From the NCBI GenBank assembly GCA_035543015.1, contig DATKKG010000075.1:1-24000 (forward strand): a stretch of DNA of 24,000 nucleotides, given 5' to 3'. The position numbers were made by a program, and so were the translations under genes. This DNA comes from Conexivisphaerales archaeon. GTDB lineage: Archaea > Thermoproteota > Nitrososphaeria > Conexivisphaerales > DTJL01. Positions 1 to 8,282 of the stretch are shown one piece after another. The notes beneath the pieces were generated by a model that was not told the origin of the DNA, did not search any database, and saw only the letters and a program-made list of their open reading frames with translations. How positions within the stretch are numbered: the stretch's first letter is position 1; each line of letters opens with the position of its first letter.

Positions 1-1
1 C

Positions 2-145
2 TCTTCGATAAAGGAATACGAGTCTCAGGTCGGGCTGGCGACGGAGAAGGTCAAGGAGGCCCTCGCGGGGCTCGAGAAGCTCTCGCGCTGGCGCATGGTC
101 GAGGTCGCAAACCAGAGCAAGAGCAAGGCGGAATCGAACCCTTAG
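2..145 (+). CDS. C-terminal fragment of an unidentified protein (5' truncated by window edge)
   Basis: Open frame from the window start ...SSIKEYESQVGLATEKVKEALAGLEKLSRWRMVEVANQSKSKAESNP*; charged helical composition. Too short to assign a family. Confidence 0.45.
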   Translation, partial: SSIKEYESQVGLATEKVKEALAGLEKLSRWRMVEVANQSKSKAESNP

Positions 146-351
146 GTTAGGGGCTCCTCAGGCTTCGCGACCATCAACTTGCCAGGGCATCACGTTTCGC
201 GGACTACCACCTAGGCCATACGGGTCCGAAGTACCCGCGACCACCGGCGGTGAACCCCAAAGAGAACCCGAGGCACCGCAAAGAAAGACTCAGTGAGCCG
301 CCTTGAATGATGTAGACGAAGCGTAATGAATCCATGAATACCCTCAAGGCC

Positions 352-789
352 TCATCCCTCGACCATGAGGGTTCCGCGCATGTACTGGTGGACCGTGCAG
401 AAGATGTTGCAGTAGAAGGTGTAGTTGCCGGGGTTGGTGGCCGTGAAGGTCACGCTGTCGCTTTCCCCAGGTCCCACGATGAGTCCCTGAGGGAAATAGC
501 CGTCGATGGCGAACCCGTGCGCCTCAACCTTCCCGTCATTGATCACGTTGATGGTGACGTTGTCCCCCACATGGACGGCGATTACGGGCCACGGCAGGCC
601 GTGCTGCACCGAGCCGTTGAATCCGTTGGAATCGGCCATTATGGTGAAGTTCAGCATGTGCGGCTGGACCTCAGCCGGAGGCCGATTCAGATACAGGACC
701 GCCAGCGCGATGGCCAACGCAGCCACGAGCACCACCGCGACCAACACTCTTGACCTGCTGCTTGACAGCGCCAATCTACCCCCAGACAT
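352..789 (-). CDS. Membrane-anchored cupredoxin, similar to the CuA domain of cytochrome oxidase subunit II
   Basis: N-terminal TM helix; AHGFAIDGY...GPGESDSVTFTATNPGNYTFYCNIFCTVHQYMRGTLMV resembles the CuA fold HGF...CxxxC..H..M. Confidence 0.8.
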   Translation of the reverse strand: MSGGRLALSSSRSRVLVAVVLVAALAIALAVLYLNRPPAEVQPHMLNFTIMADSNGFNGSVQHGLPWPVIAVHVGDNVTINVINDGKVEAHGFAIDGYFPQGLIVGPGESDSVTFTATNPGNYTFYCNIFCTVHQYMRGTLMVEG

Positions 790-795
790 GGAAAC

Positions 796-1530
796 CTATC
801 CCGTGTGCAGCAGCGCCGCGAAATAAATCATCAGGAACCCCACACAGAATGCCACGGCAAGCTTCGTCCTGTCCCCGGCACCCATGGCCTGTGGGGTGAG
901 CCTGAGGAGCATATAGATGTCGCCACCTGAAGCCGCAGCTAGGAGGTACGTGGACGGAATTATCGCGAAGTACCCGAACGGCGTGGCTACAGCCGCCATG
1001 ACCCCCACAATGCCGCTGAGCAGAACCGCGTCCTTCAGGCTGGGCTTCGAAGTGCCCGCCACGAGGAAGGCGGAAAGCATGAAGCCTTCGATGGCCTTGT
1101 GCGTGACGAAGGCGATGGTCTCCGCGCCCAGCAGGCTCCCTACACCCGTCATTGCGAGGCCGTCTCCTATGTCCATCGCTTCTCCGCCTGAATGGAGCCC
1201 CAAGGAGATCGCCGCAAGGATCGCAACCATGAATGAAAGCCCCCCCGGATTCAGGAACCCCTTGTCCAGATAGACCAGAGCGACGAACGCGACGATGAAG
1301 CACAGGACCAGGGCCGCCTGTGTCAACCCGCCCCCGAAGCCCTGGGCGACGTCCAGGTCCACCGCATCGCTCATGAGGTCGACGAACAGCCAAGTCAGGA
1401 TCCCGACGCCGATGGCCGCGACGATCCCCTTGCCGATCGAGCCGCCCAATAGGACGCCGATGAAGGAGCCGACGATTAAGGGCACGAACGTCGACGCAAA
1501 AACCAGGGCCATCGCTGTCAGGACGTCCAT
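796..1530 (-). CDS. ZIP-family-like metal transporter / multipass membrane protein
   Basis: Multiple TM segments; LGLHSGGEAMDIG and THKAIEGFMLSAF resemble ZIP TM4/TM5 metal-binding motifs. Ends 6 nt before the cupredoxin start on the same strand. Confidence 0.65.
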   Translation of the reverse strand: MDVLTAMALVFASTFVPLIVGSFIGVLLGGSIGKGIVAAIGVGILTWLFVDLMSDAVDLDVAQGFGGGLTQAALVLCFIVAFVALVYLDKGFLNPGGLSFMVAILAAISLGLHSGGEAMDIGDGLAMTGVGSLLGAETIAFVTHKAIEGFMLSAFLVAGTSKPSLKDAVLLSGIVGVMAAVATPFGYFAIIPSTYLLAAASGGDIYMLLRLTPQAMGAGDRTKLAVAFCVGFLMIYFAALLHTG

Positions 1531-1858
1531 TATCTCACCTGTTCTTCCTCGGAGTCTTAGAGTTTATAATGATTTCCGGGAATCCACCGAGGTCTCGCTG
1601 ATTCAGAGGCAACCCGAAGGATCGTACGTCATCACAGCACATGGCAGGCTGCAGCTCCGGCTGTCTTCAGCGCATCGACGAGGCCGCCCAAATCTTCGCC
1701 GAGGGAGAGCGTTACACTTGGGGGATGCGGGAGAGCGAGGGCGGCGAATTCATGATTCGCCCGGTGTTCATAGAGCAGGTGAAGAAGGTGTGGATCAACG
1801 AAGTCGTATTAGCACCGACCAGTCGTAAATGGGCGATCGAGCGTCCGCTCGGCGGGAC

Positions 1859-2077
1859 CTATACTTCGACCGTGTCCCTATCCTTCGGGTCCAGGGACTT
1901 TCTCAGCTGCCCTTTGACCCAGTCGGAGTTCTCATCGTTCCTCAACTCCTTTGTCGCTTCGTCCCTGGACAGCTTCTCGGTCCTCTTCTGCTCGGCCTCG
2001 TAGAGGGTGTGCATGTCCTTGTACGCCACCCTCTTACCCTTGGTGTCCTCTTCGACGACGGAAGACATTATTGTCAT
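1859..2077 (-). CDS. Small highly charged hypothetical protein (72 aa)
   Basis: MTIMSSVVEEDTKGKRVAYKDMHTLYEAEQKRTEKLSRDEATKELRNDENSDWVKGQLRKSLDPKDRDTVEV; protein-like hydrophilic composition, but overlaps a competing plus-strand ORF. Confidence 0.35.
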   Translation of the reverse strand: MTIMSSVVEEDTKGKRVAYKDMHTLYEAEQKRTEKLSRDEATKELRNDENSDWVKGQLRKSLDPKDRDTVEV

Positions 2078-2338
2078 GATCGTAGCCCCGGACCATTAAG
2101 GGTTCTCCTATCTACTAGATTGACAATCGGTCAAAAGGTGAAGACACGGTCTCAATGGCACCATTTCCACACACTCGGCTTTGGATAAGCCAACTTCATT
2201 CCTTTCGTCCTGGGTTCGCGCACCACCTAGTGGATCGAAGTCTGGCAGAAATACGGTGACACGATCGAGACGTCGAAAGCGGTCCTAGGGGTCCCGGCCT
2301 CGCACTCGGGACCCCGACCCGATGTACGGACGACCGCC

Positions 2339-2872
2339 CTACTTCACCGATAACTTGCGCCCCTTGACCTGGGTTGGCGTCTTCTTCGGGACCGTGACCT
2401 CAAGCACACCGTCTTTCACAGAAGCCTCGGCCTTTTCGCTCTCCACCGGCTCGGGGAACAGCATTGTCCTCGACATCTTCGAGTATCCTCTCTCCCTCCG
2501 GACGAACCCCTCCTTCTCTTGCTTGACCTCGGTCTTCGCCTCGCCTTCCACCGTGATCTCGCTATCCGTCACCGTGATGTCCAGCTTGTCCTTTGGGATG
2601 CCGGGGACCTCGATCACTAGCCTATACTCCTTCCCCGTATCGACCAGGTCCGCGTACGGGCGCCTCACTCCGGGAAGCCTCGCGAACCACTTGCTCTTAG
2701 GCTCGAGCCACAGGTCTCCGAACGGCGCATCTCTCTCGAAGCGCCTTGCGGCGTCGTCGAACACGCGAGCCATATAGTGCACGTACTCCTCGGGACTCCA
2801 GGGAGTCAAGCTCGTTCCGCTCTTCGTCTCCTCTTTCTCTTCAGGAACCTTCTTCCCTTCGCTATTCGTCAA
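2339..2872 (-). CDS. Hsp20/alpha-crystallin family small heat shock protein
   Basis: ADLVDTGKEYRLVIEVPGIPKDKLDITVTDSEITVEGEAKTE...FVRRERGYSKMSRTMLFPEPVESEKAEASVKDGVLEVTVPKK is a canonical alpha-crystallin domain. TTG start. Confidence 0.93.
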   Translation of the reverse strand: MTNSEGKKVPEEKEETKSGTSLTPWSPEEYVHYMARVFDDAARRFERDAPFGDLWLEPKSKWFARLPGVRRPYADLVDTGKEYRLVIEVPGIPKDKLDITVTDSEITVEGEAKTEVKQEKEGFVRRERGYSKMSRTMLFPEPVESEKAEASVKDGVLEVTVPKKTPTQVKGRKLSVK

Positions 2873-3014
2873 CCTATCTTACACCTATCGTACGCAGGTT
2901 ATTCCTCACGGTATTTACTCAGCGCGTATTCTGTGCAACCTTTTGCAACCTCTCATGTCAGAGCCTTAGATGGGCCGGGTAGGACTCTGGTCTCAGTGAG
3001 TATGACGCTGTGGA

Positions 3015-3090
3015 TGGGCCGGGCAGGATTCGAACCTGCGATCTTCGCCGTGTCAGAGCGACGTCCAAGACCAGACTAGACGACCGGCCC
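3015..3090 (-). tRNA. tRNA-Val(GAC), no encoded CCA, intronless
   Basis: Minus strand GGGCCGG TC GTCT-AGTCTGGTCTT-GGAC G TCGCT-CTGACAC-GGCGA AGATC GCAGG-TTCGAAT-CCTGC CCGGCCC A; full cloverleaf, 7-bp acceptor, anticodon GAC. Confidence 0.95.
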
Positions 3091-3118
3091 CTACTTCGTT
3101 TAGCTCCGCTTGAGATTC

Positions 3119-3127
3119 GATTTAAAC
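3119..3127 (-). promoter_or_regulatory. Archaeal TATA box of the tRNA-Val gene
   Basis: Minus-strand GGTTTAAATCG about 30-35 nt upstream of the tRNA 5' end. Confidence 0.6.
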
Positions 3128-3189
3128 CTTTTCGGGGGAGGGAAGGGAACTGACGAACGAATACCGTCTCTCTCACATGGTTTATCTAC

Positions 3190-4479
3190 ATGCAACTGAC
3201 GAAGGAACAACCGACTCTTCGAATGAGCACTCTTTCGGGCCTCTACAAGGTCGACATGGAAACGAGGATGAAACGCGTGAAGGAGTTCGCCAACCTCGCC
3301 GACGAAGAAGCGGCCTCCATCTACTCCATGGACTCCCTCAAGAGGGACGTGGCCGACAGGATGATAGAGAACGTCATCGGTGCCATCCAGCTCCCTCTGG
3401 GCGTGGCCACCAACTTCCTCATCAACGGGAAGGAGTACGCCGTCCCCATGGCCATAGAGGAGCCCAGCGTCGTGGCCGCCGCGTCCAACGCCGCCAAGAT
3501 GACCAGGGCGAAGGGGGGCTTCCACGCCGTCTCCACCAGGCCCCTCATGGTGGCCCAGATACAGTCGGTGGGCGTCCCCGACCCCTACGCCGCAGTGCAG
3601 AAGGTCATCGCCCACACAAAGGAGATCCTAGAGATAAGCAACGAGACCAACCCCACCCTCGTCAAGCTGGGAGGAGGCGCCGTTGATCTGGACGCCAGGG
3701 TCCTCGACACCAGCAGGGGGAAGATGGTGATAACGGAGATCACCGTCGACTGCAGGGACGCCATGGGGGCCAACACCGTCAACACCATGGCCGAGACCGT
3801 GGCCCCCCTCATCGACTCCCTCATCGGGGGGAGGGTGCGGCTCAGGATCCTCTCCAACCTCGCGACGAAGAGGCTGGTGCGCTCATGGGCGACCTTCGAC
3901 AAGGAGTCCTTGGGCGGCTCCGACGTCGTTGAGGGGATACTTGACGCCTATGCCTTCGCCGAGGCGGACCCCTACCGCGCCACCACCCACAACAAGGGAA
4001 TCATGAACGGCATATCGTCGGTGGCTCTCGCGACGGGCAACGACACCCGGGCCATAGAGTCCGGCGCCCACGCATACGCCGCCAGGAGCGGCCGCTACAC
4101 ATCCCTCACCAGGTACGAGAAGGACGCCGAGGGGAACATCGTGGGCTCCATAGAGCTCCCCATAGCCTCGGGCATCCTGGGAGGGGCCACCTCCACCCAC
4201 CCCGTCGCCAAGGCCTCCATCAAGATCCTGGGGGTGAAGTCCGCCCAGGAGCTGGCCTGCGTGATGGCTTCCGTGGGACTCGCCCAGAACCTGGCAGCCC
4301 TGAGGGCCTTGGCAACGGAGGGAATCAGCAAGGGTCACATGAAGCTGCATGCGAGGAACCTCGCCGTCATGGCCGGGGCGCCGCCCGAGCTGATATCCAG
4401 GGTGGTCGAGGAGATGGAGAAAGAGCCCCATGTCACCTACGACAAGGTCGTCGAGATAGTCAAGAGGCTGAAGGCCTAG
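3190..4479 (+). CDS. Hydroxymethylglutaryl-CoA reductase, class II-like
   Basis: ENVIGAIQLPLGVATNFLINGKEYAVPMAIEEPSVVAAASNAA, DAMGANTVNTMAE, GHMKLHARNLAVMAGAP; short soluble 429-aa form typical of degradative/class II HMGR. Confidence 0.93.
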   Translation: MQLTKEQPTLRMSTLSGLYKVDMETRMKRVKEFANLADEEAASIYSMDSLKRDVADRMIENVIGAIQLPLGVATNFLINGKEYAVPMAIEEPSVVAAASNAAKMTRAKGGFHAVSTRPLMVAQIQSVGVPDPYAAVQKVIAHTKEILEISNETNPTLVKLGGGAVDLDARVLDTSRGKMVITEITVDCRDAMGANTVNTMAETVAPLIDSLIGGRVRLRILSNLATKRLVRSWATFDKESLGGSDVVEGILDAYAFAEADPYRATTHNKGIMNGISSVALATGNDTRAIESGAHAYAARSGRYTSLTRYEKDAEGNIVGSIELPIASGILGGATSTHPVAKASIKILGVKSAQELACVMASVGLAQNLAALRALATEGISKGHMKLHARNLAVMAGAPPELISRVVEEMEKEPHVTYDKVVEIVKRLKA

Positions 4480-4505
4480 AATACACGGGCCCTATGTCAG
4501 TGGCG

Positions 4506-5564
4506 CTACCTGCCCTCTCCTGAGGCTAGGTCTTCGAGCACCTGGTAGCAGTGCATGGCGTCCTTGGACTCGAGCACGACTATGGCCGTAAGCGTCGCAG
4601 TGATGTATTCGACCAGGTTGATCCCATGTGCCGCCAGCTCCGCCGTTATGACCGCGGCCACCCCGGGGACCTTCATCGTGGCTTCCGACAACGAAATCAC
4701 GACCTCCGAGAGGTTGTCGATCACTCGCAGTATGCTCTTCTGCGGGATCAAGGAGGTTAGCTTCTCCTGATTCTTCGCGTCGAACACCACGCTCACCGTC
4801 TCCAGCGCGGACACCATGTGAAGGGTCTCGCCCCTCGCGTAGTCGACCTCGCCGTTGAACTTGGCAAGCCCGACGGAGACCTCCGGGGAATTGAGTATCA
4901 CGTAGTCGACTATCCTGTCTTTCAGCAGGAGCTTCTGGATGTACTTGCCCACGCCTTCAGGCATCGCCTTGTGCTCGGCGGCGTGGAACCTCTTCACGAC
5001 CTTCACCAAGGGCTCCTTCGTGCTCACCACGCGCTTCTGTCCCTTTGCCCAAGGAAGCACTACCCTGTAGACGTCGACCGGGAAGGCCACGTTCTTCATA
5101 TCGTGAGACTCTAGCTTGATCAGAGGGTAGCGAAGTTTGTTCCGGATCTGGTCGTAGACCTGCTGGGAGATGCACACTTCGCCGCCCGCGGCCATCGGCT
5201 CGATCCTGGAAGCGATGTTGACGGCGTCACCGAAGACGTCGCCGGCCTTATGGACCACGTCTCCCACATGGATGCCTATCCTGACTTTCACCTTCGTCCT
5301 GGCTCTCTGGTTGTAGTCATGGAGGACCTTCTGGATCTCGATTCCGCACCGGGTCGCTTCCAGCGCGCTCCTGAACTCGACCAGGAAAGCGTCACCCATC
5401 GTCTTGACCTCGGTACCTCCATGCCTGCGGAGCACCGGTCGAATCAGCTCCCTGTGCTTCTCAAGGAGCTTAAGGGCCAGTCGTTCGTTCTTCTGCGTTA
5501 ACGCAGAGTAGCCTACGATGTCCGTGAACATGATTGCCGCTAGCCTTCTTTCGGAGCCGGTCAA
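4506..5564 (-). CDS. Class III adenylate/guanylate cyclase with C-terminal ACT-like domain
   Basis: AAIMFTDIVGYSALTQ, GGTEVKTMGDAFLVEF, RIGIHVGDVV, GDVFGDAVNIASRIE (catalytic residues retained); C-term VPGVAAVITAELAAHGINLVEYITATLTAIVVLESKDAMHCYQVLEDLA resembles ACT. Confidence 0.88.
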   Translation of the reverse strand: MTGSERRLAAIMFTDIVGYSALTQKNERLALKLLEKHRELIRPVLRRHGGTEVKTMGDAFLVEFRSALEATRCGIEIQKVLHDYNQRARTKVKVRIGIHVGDVVHKAGDVFGDAVNIASRIEPMAAGGEVCISQQVYDQIRNKLRYPLIKLESHDMKNVAFPVDVYRVVLPWAKGQKRVVSTKEPLVKVVKRFHAAEHKAMPEGVGKYIQKLLLKDRIVDYVILNSPEVSVGLAKFNGEVDYARGETLHMVSALETVSVVFDAKNQEKLTSLIPQKSILRVIDNLSEVVISLSEATMKVPGVAAVITAELAAHGINLVEYITATLTAIVVLESKDAMHCYQVLEDLASGEGR

Positions 5565-5687
5565 GTCTATGCCAACCTTCGATTCGAAACACTGAGGGTA
5601 AAAGGGTTTGGGAGGTAGTGTTCCAGGAAACCTGCGTTTCGCAAGACATAATAGCTTCCCGTCTCAAGGCCACAGGTAGAAGCTCCA

Positions 5688-5867
5688 ATGGTAGGCAGCA
5701 ACACCTCCTTCGGAATGGATGATGTGCTTCTATCCGTCGCCGTAGTCCTTCTCCTCTTCACGGCGCTGGTGGGCGGGAACTGGTGGTGGCCAGTCCTGAT
5801 CGTAGTCATCATCATACTTCTATTGGCGCTCTTCTTCAAGAGAAGGCCGAAGTCAGGAAAGGATTAG
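5688..5867 (+). CDS. Small hydrophobic membrane protein (59 aa), hypothetical
   Basis: ATG...TAG: MVGSNTSFGMDDVLLSVAVVLLLFTALVGGNWWWPVLIVVIIILLLALFFKRRPKSGKD; two TM segments and a basic tail. Absent from the ORF track, apparently because it is short. Confidence 0.45.
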   Translation: MVGSNTSFGMDDVLLSVAVVLLLFTALVGGNWWWPVLIVVIIILLLALFFKRRPKSGKD

Positions 5868-5911
5868 GACGCGGCTCTTCTGCCGACTCGTTGGAACGGA
5901 CCCAGCAGGGC

Positions 5912-6370
5912 TCAGGTCTTCGTCGACCGCTCAAACAGCAGGGCCAGGGCAACGGCAAAGCCCAGGATCGCGTAGACTAGGTAGCCGGGGAACTCCGGAA
6001 CCGGCTGGAGGACGTCGACCTCGGCCACCATTTCAGGATGATAGAAGCAGTTATAGGTGAAGTTGCCTGCCTGGGCGAAGGCATACGAAAAGGACTTCCC
6101 GGGCTGAAGGTCGCCCGAGTTCCAGTAGACGGCCTGACCCCCGTCGGCCGTCGTCGTGTGGATCTGCGCACCCATATTGGTCCACACGACCGTGTCGCCC
6201 ACGTTCACCGTGAAGACTCGGGGAGAGAAGTAGTTGTCGCCCACTTGCACCGTCCAGGTCTGGGCAGCCCTCGCCGCGCCATCCCCCCTCAGACCCATCG
6301 TTGCGGAGTACATGATGAGGAGCAGCGACAGGATAAGGAGGCACCTCCTGAGCAATGAAGCGGAACGCAA
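5912..6370 (-). CDS. Secreted plastocyanin/amicyanin-like type I copper protein with PEFP-type C-terminal membrane tail
   Basis: Signal peptide; VQVGDNYFSPRVFTVNVGDTVVWTNMGAQIHTTT...GKSFSYAFAQAGNFTYNCFYHPEM (H...CxxHxxM); C-term VPEFPGYLVYAILGFAVALALLFERSTKT. Confidence 0.88.
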   Translation of the reverse strand: MRSASLLRRCLLILSLLLIMYSATMGLRGDGAARAAQTWTVQVGDNYFSPRVFTVNVGDTVVWTNMGAQIHTTTADGGQAVYWNSGDLQPGKSFSYAFAQAGNFTYNCFYHPEMVAEVDVLQPVPEFPGYLVYAILGFAVALALLFERSTKT

Positions 6371-6496
6371 GCCTGCTTTCGCTAGACGGACCGGGACTCT
6401 CGCGGATACTTAACCAATCCCCAAATACCGTCTACGACCCCAAGACCAGCGCCCTCCCTCCTAGTTTCGTGTGCGCAGTTCAAATACGGTGAAGGG

Positions 6497-6802
6497 ATGG
6501 AGGACGCTCCGATGCCATACTACCTTACCGTCGCCAACTGGACCGATCAGGGAATAAGGAACATCAAAGAGTCGCCCAAGAGGCTGGATGCCGCGAAGGC
6601 CCTGAGCGCCACCTTCGGGGGCAAGCTCGAGTGGTTCTATTACACCATGGGCAAGTACGACCTCGCCTTCGTGACCTCCTTCCCCAACGACGAAAGCGCC
6701 GCCAAGTTCCTCTTCTCCCTTGGGAAGCTGGGCAACCTGAAGACCGACACAATGAAAGCCATCCCAGAGGCCGAAGGCGTCAAACTCATCAACTCCCTCT
6801 AG
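6497..6802 (+). CDS. GYD domain-containing protein
   Basis: MPYYLTVANWTDQGIRNIKESPKRLDAAKALSATFGGKLEWFYYTMGKYDLAFVTSFPNDESAAKFLFSLGKLGNLKTDTMKAI; start may be internal ATG at 6512. Confidence 0.85.
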   Translation: MEDAPMPYYLTVANWTDQGIRNIKESPKRLDAAKALSATFGGKLEWFYYTMGKYDLAFVTSFPNDESAAKFLFSLGKLGNLKTDTMKAIPEAEGVKLINSL

Positions 6803-6934
6803 AAGAGCTTCCCGTAGGCCGCGGCACCGTTTTGTTTCTCTGGAGCCATCAGTGGGGGCCAGGCTACTGTGCCGATGTCTCACTCTCCCAATACCACATA
6901 TGCGATGAGCGTAAGCAGGCCTTTCACCCTGATC

Positions 6935-6999
6935 CGTATCATTATCGTATCACCCAGATTGCGGGCCGTATCGACATCGTACCACAGAACCTACTTACC
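6935..6999 (+). promoter_or_regulatory. Copy A of a repeated promoter/operator element (GTATC-type sites)
   Basis: cGTATCattatCGTATCaccca...cGTATCgacatCGTACCacaGAACCTACTTACC; ungapped match (52/65) to copy B at 8283-8347. Confidence 0.7.
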
Positions 7000-7034
7000 G
7001 CATCTATTCCATGGGCAACTCCGTGATCATGCAA

Positions 7035-7460
7035 ATGACACAGAATACGTCTTCCGGTATTCATAGCGTAGCCTGGATCCTCGCCCTCGTCGGCGGGATC
7101 CTGATGGTGCTGGGCGGTGCGTTGCTCCTGGGCGTCGGGGCCTTCGTCCTCCCGCATATGGACTTCACCGACGTCACGGTGCCGCAGAACTTCCCGGCTT
7201 CCGACATCCCGGCCCTCGCGTCCGGCTTCGTCGGCACGATGGGGGCCTTCGGGATTGTCTCGGGAGCCATAGTCCTAGTCTCGGCGATCATGCTCCTGAG
7301 GGGCACGAGCTCATGGAGGCTGTGGGGCGTCCTGATACTCGTCTTCTCGGTCCTCAGCTTCGTCGGGTCGGGCGGCTTCGTCCTCGGGGCGATCCTGGGG
7401 ATAATCGGCGGGATAATGGCCCTCGCATATAAGCCACCGATGCAGCAGGTCCAGATGTGA
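7035..7460 (+). CDS. Four-TM hypothetical membrane protein
   Basis: ORF track start is 7011, but ATG at 7035 (MTQNTSSGIHSV...) fits the promoter spacing and the N-terminus of the copy B gene (MTQQTSTG). Gly-rich TM segments. Confidence 0.75.
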   Translation: MTQNTSSGIHSVAWILALVGGILMVLGGALLLGVGAFVLPHMDFTDVTVPQNFPASDIPALASGFVGTMGAFGIVSGAIVLVSAIMLLRGTSSWRLWGVLILVFSVLSFVGSGGFVLGAILGIIGGIMALAYKPPMQQVQM

Positions 7461-7559
7461 GCTGGCTGCACCATACCGCGCAAGCTTGGCAAGTGGTGGC
7501 GACCGTGATCACAGAACACCCTGTTCTTTCATATTCAGAACGGCAGCGGATGGATCCCT

Positions 7560-8258
7560 TTGAGCGACCTTAGCCGTCTGGGATTCTGGTCCGCCGTCCT
7601 GACCTGCATCTTCGCGGCCGCCGCCCTTGCTCTGGGCGTCTTCACTCCTCCTCTTCCCTCCGGCTGCACCAACTGCACCGTGTACCCCTACACCGGGGCC
7701 GCATCGCTCTTTCCGGCAGTGTCCCCCTTCATGTATCCAGCCTCTCTAATGGTACTGACCTTCGCCGTCCTCATGGCATGCGTCTACGAAGGCGCCCCAG
7801 GGGACAGAAGGATATACGGCCTGGTCGCCCTGTGTTTCGCGCTCACCTGTGCGACTGTCATCGCAGCTGACTACTTCATCCAGCTCGCGGTCGTACAGCC
7901 CAGCATCCTGAAGGGCGAGACCGAGGGGCTCTCCCTCATCATCCTGTTCAATCCCCATGGAGTCGGCATCGCCCTTGAAGACCTGGGGTACCTGATGATG
8001 AGCCTCTCCTTCCTCTTCGCGGGAATGGTCTTCATGGGACGCAGCAGGCTCGAGCGTGCGATACGGGTGATCTTCACTGGCAGCTCCCTGCTGGCGATCG
8101 CCGCTCTAGTCATACTGTCGCTGCTCTACGGGGCGAACCTGGAGGACAAGTTCGAAGTGGCTGTCATCACGGTGACCTGGACGGCCCTCATCATCTCCGG
8201 CGCGCTGTTGGGCATGTTCTACAGAAGACTTGGCAGCTCAGTGGCCCCGACCTCCTAA
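7560..8258 (+). CDS. Multipass (about 6 TM) hypothetical membrane protein
   Basis: 232-aa ORF with regularly spaced hydrophobic segments; TTG start. Confidence 0.78.
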   Translation: MSDLSRLGFWSAVLTCIFAAAALALGVFTPPLPSGCTNCTVYPYTGAASLFPAVSPFMYPASLMVLTFAVLMACVYEGAPGDRRIYGLVALCFALTCATVIAADYFIQLAVVQPSILKGETEGLSLIILFNPHGVGIALEDLGYLMMSLSFLFAGMVFMGRSRLERAIRVIFTGSSLLAIAALVILSLLYGANLEDKFEVAVITVTWTALIISGALLGMFYRRLGSSVAPTS

Positions 8259-8282
8259 CATACATCTTCGTTTCATCACTGT

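Noticed and set aside
121-330. Possible tRNA or small RNA on the minus strand (GGGTTCGATTCCG at about 132-144; GTGATG...CTGA-like boxes upstream)
   Set aside because: The T-loop-like string cannot be paired into a 5-bp T-stem and no acceptor stem matches. It also overlaps the end of an open CDS. C/D-box-like motifs are too weak to call without covariance models.
776-1393. 205-aa minus ORF inside the ZIP-like gene
   Set aside because: Same-strand alternate frame, with low-complexity Arg/Gly/His-rich composition typical of high-GC shadow ORFs.
1641-2003. 120-aa plus ORF in the gap between the ZIP-like and Hsp20 genes
   Set aside because: The first part looks somewhat protein-like (RPVFIEQVKKVWINEVVLAPTSRKW), but the second half is antisense to the charged 72-aa ORF at 1859-2077. 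No start or family support, so undecided and not called.
3177-4431. Long ORFs at 3177-3686 (+) and 3883-4431 (-) overlapping HMG-CoA reductase
   Set aside because: Alternate frames of a confidently identified gene; Arg/Gly-rich and family-less.
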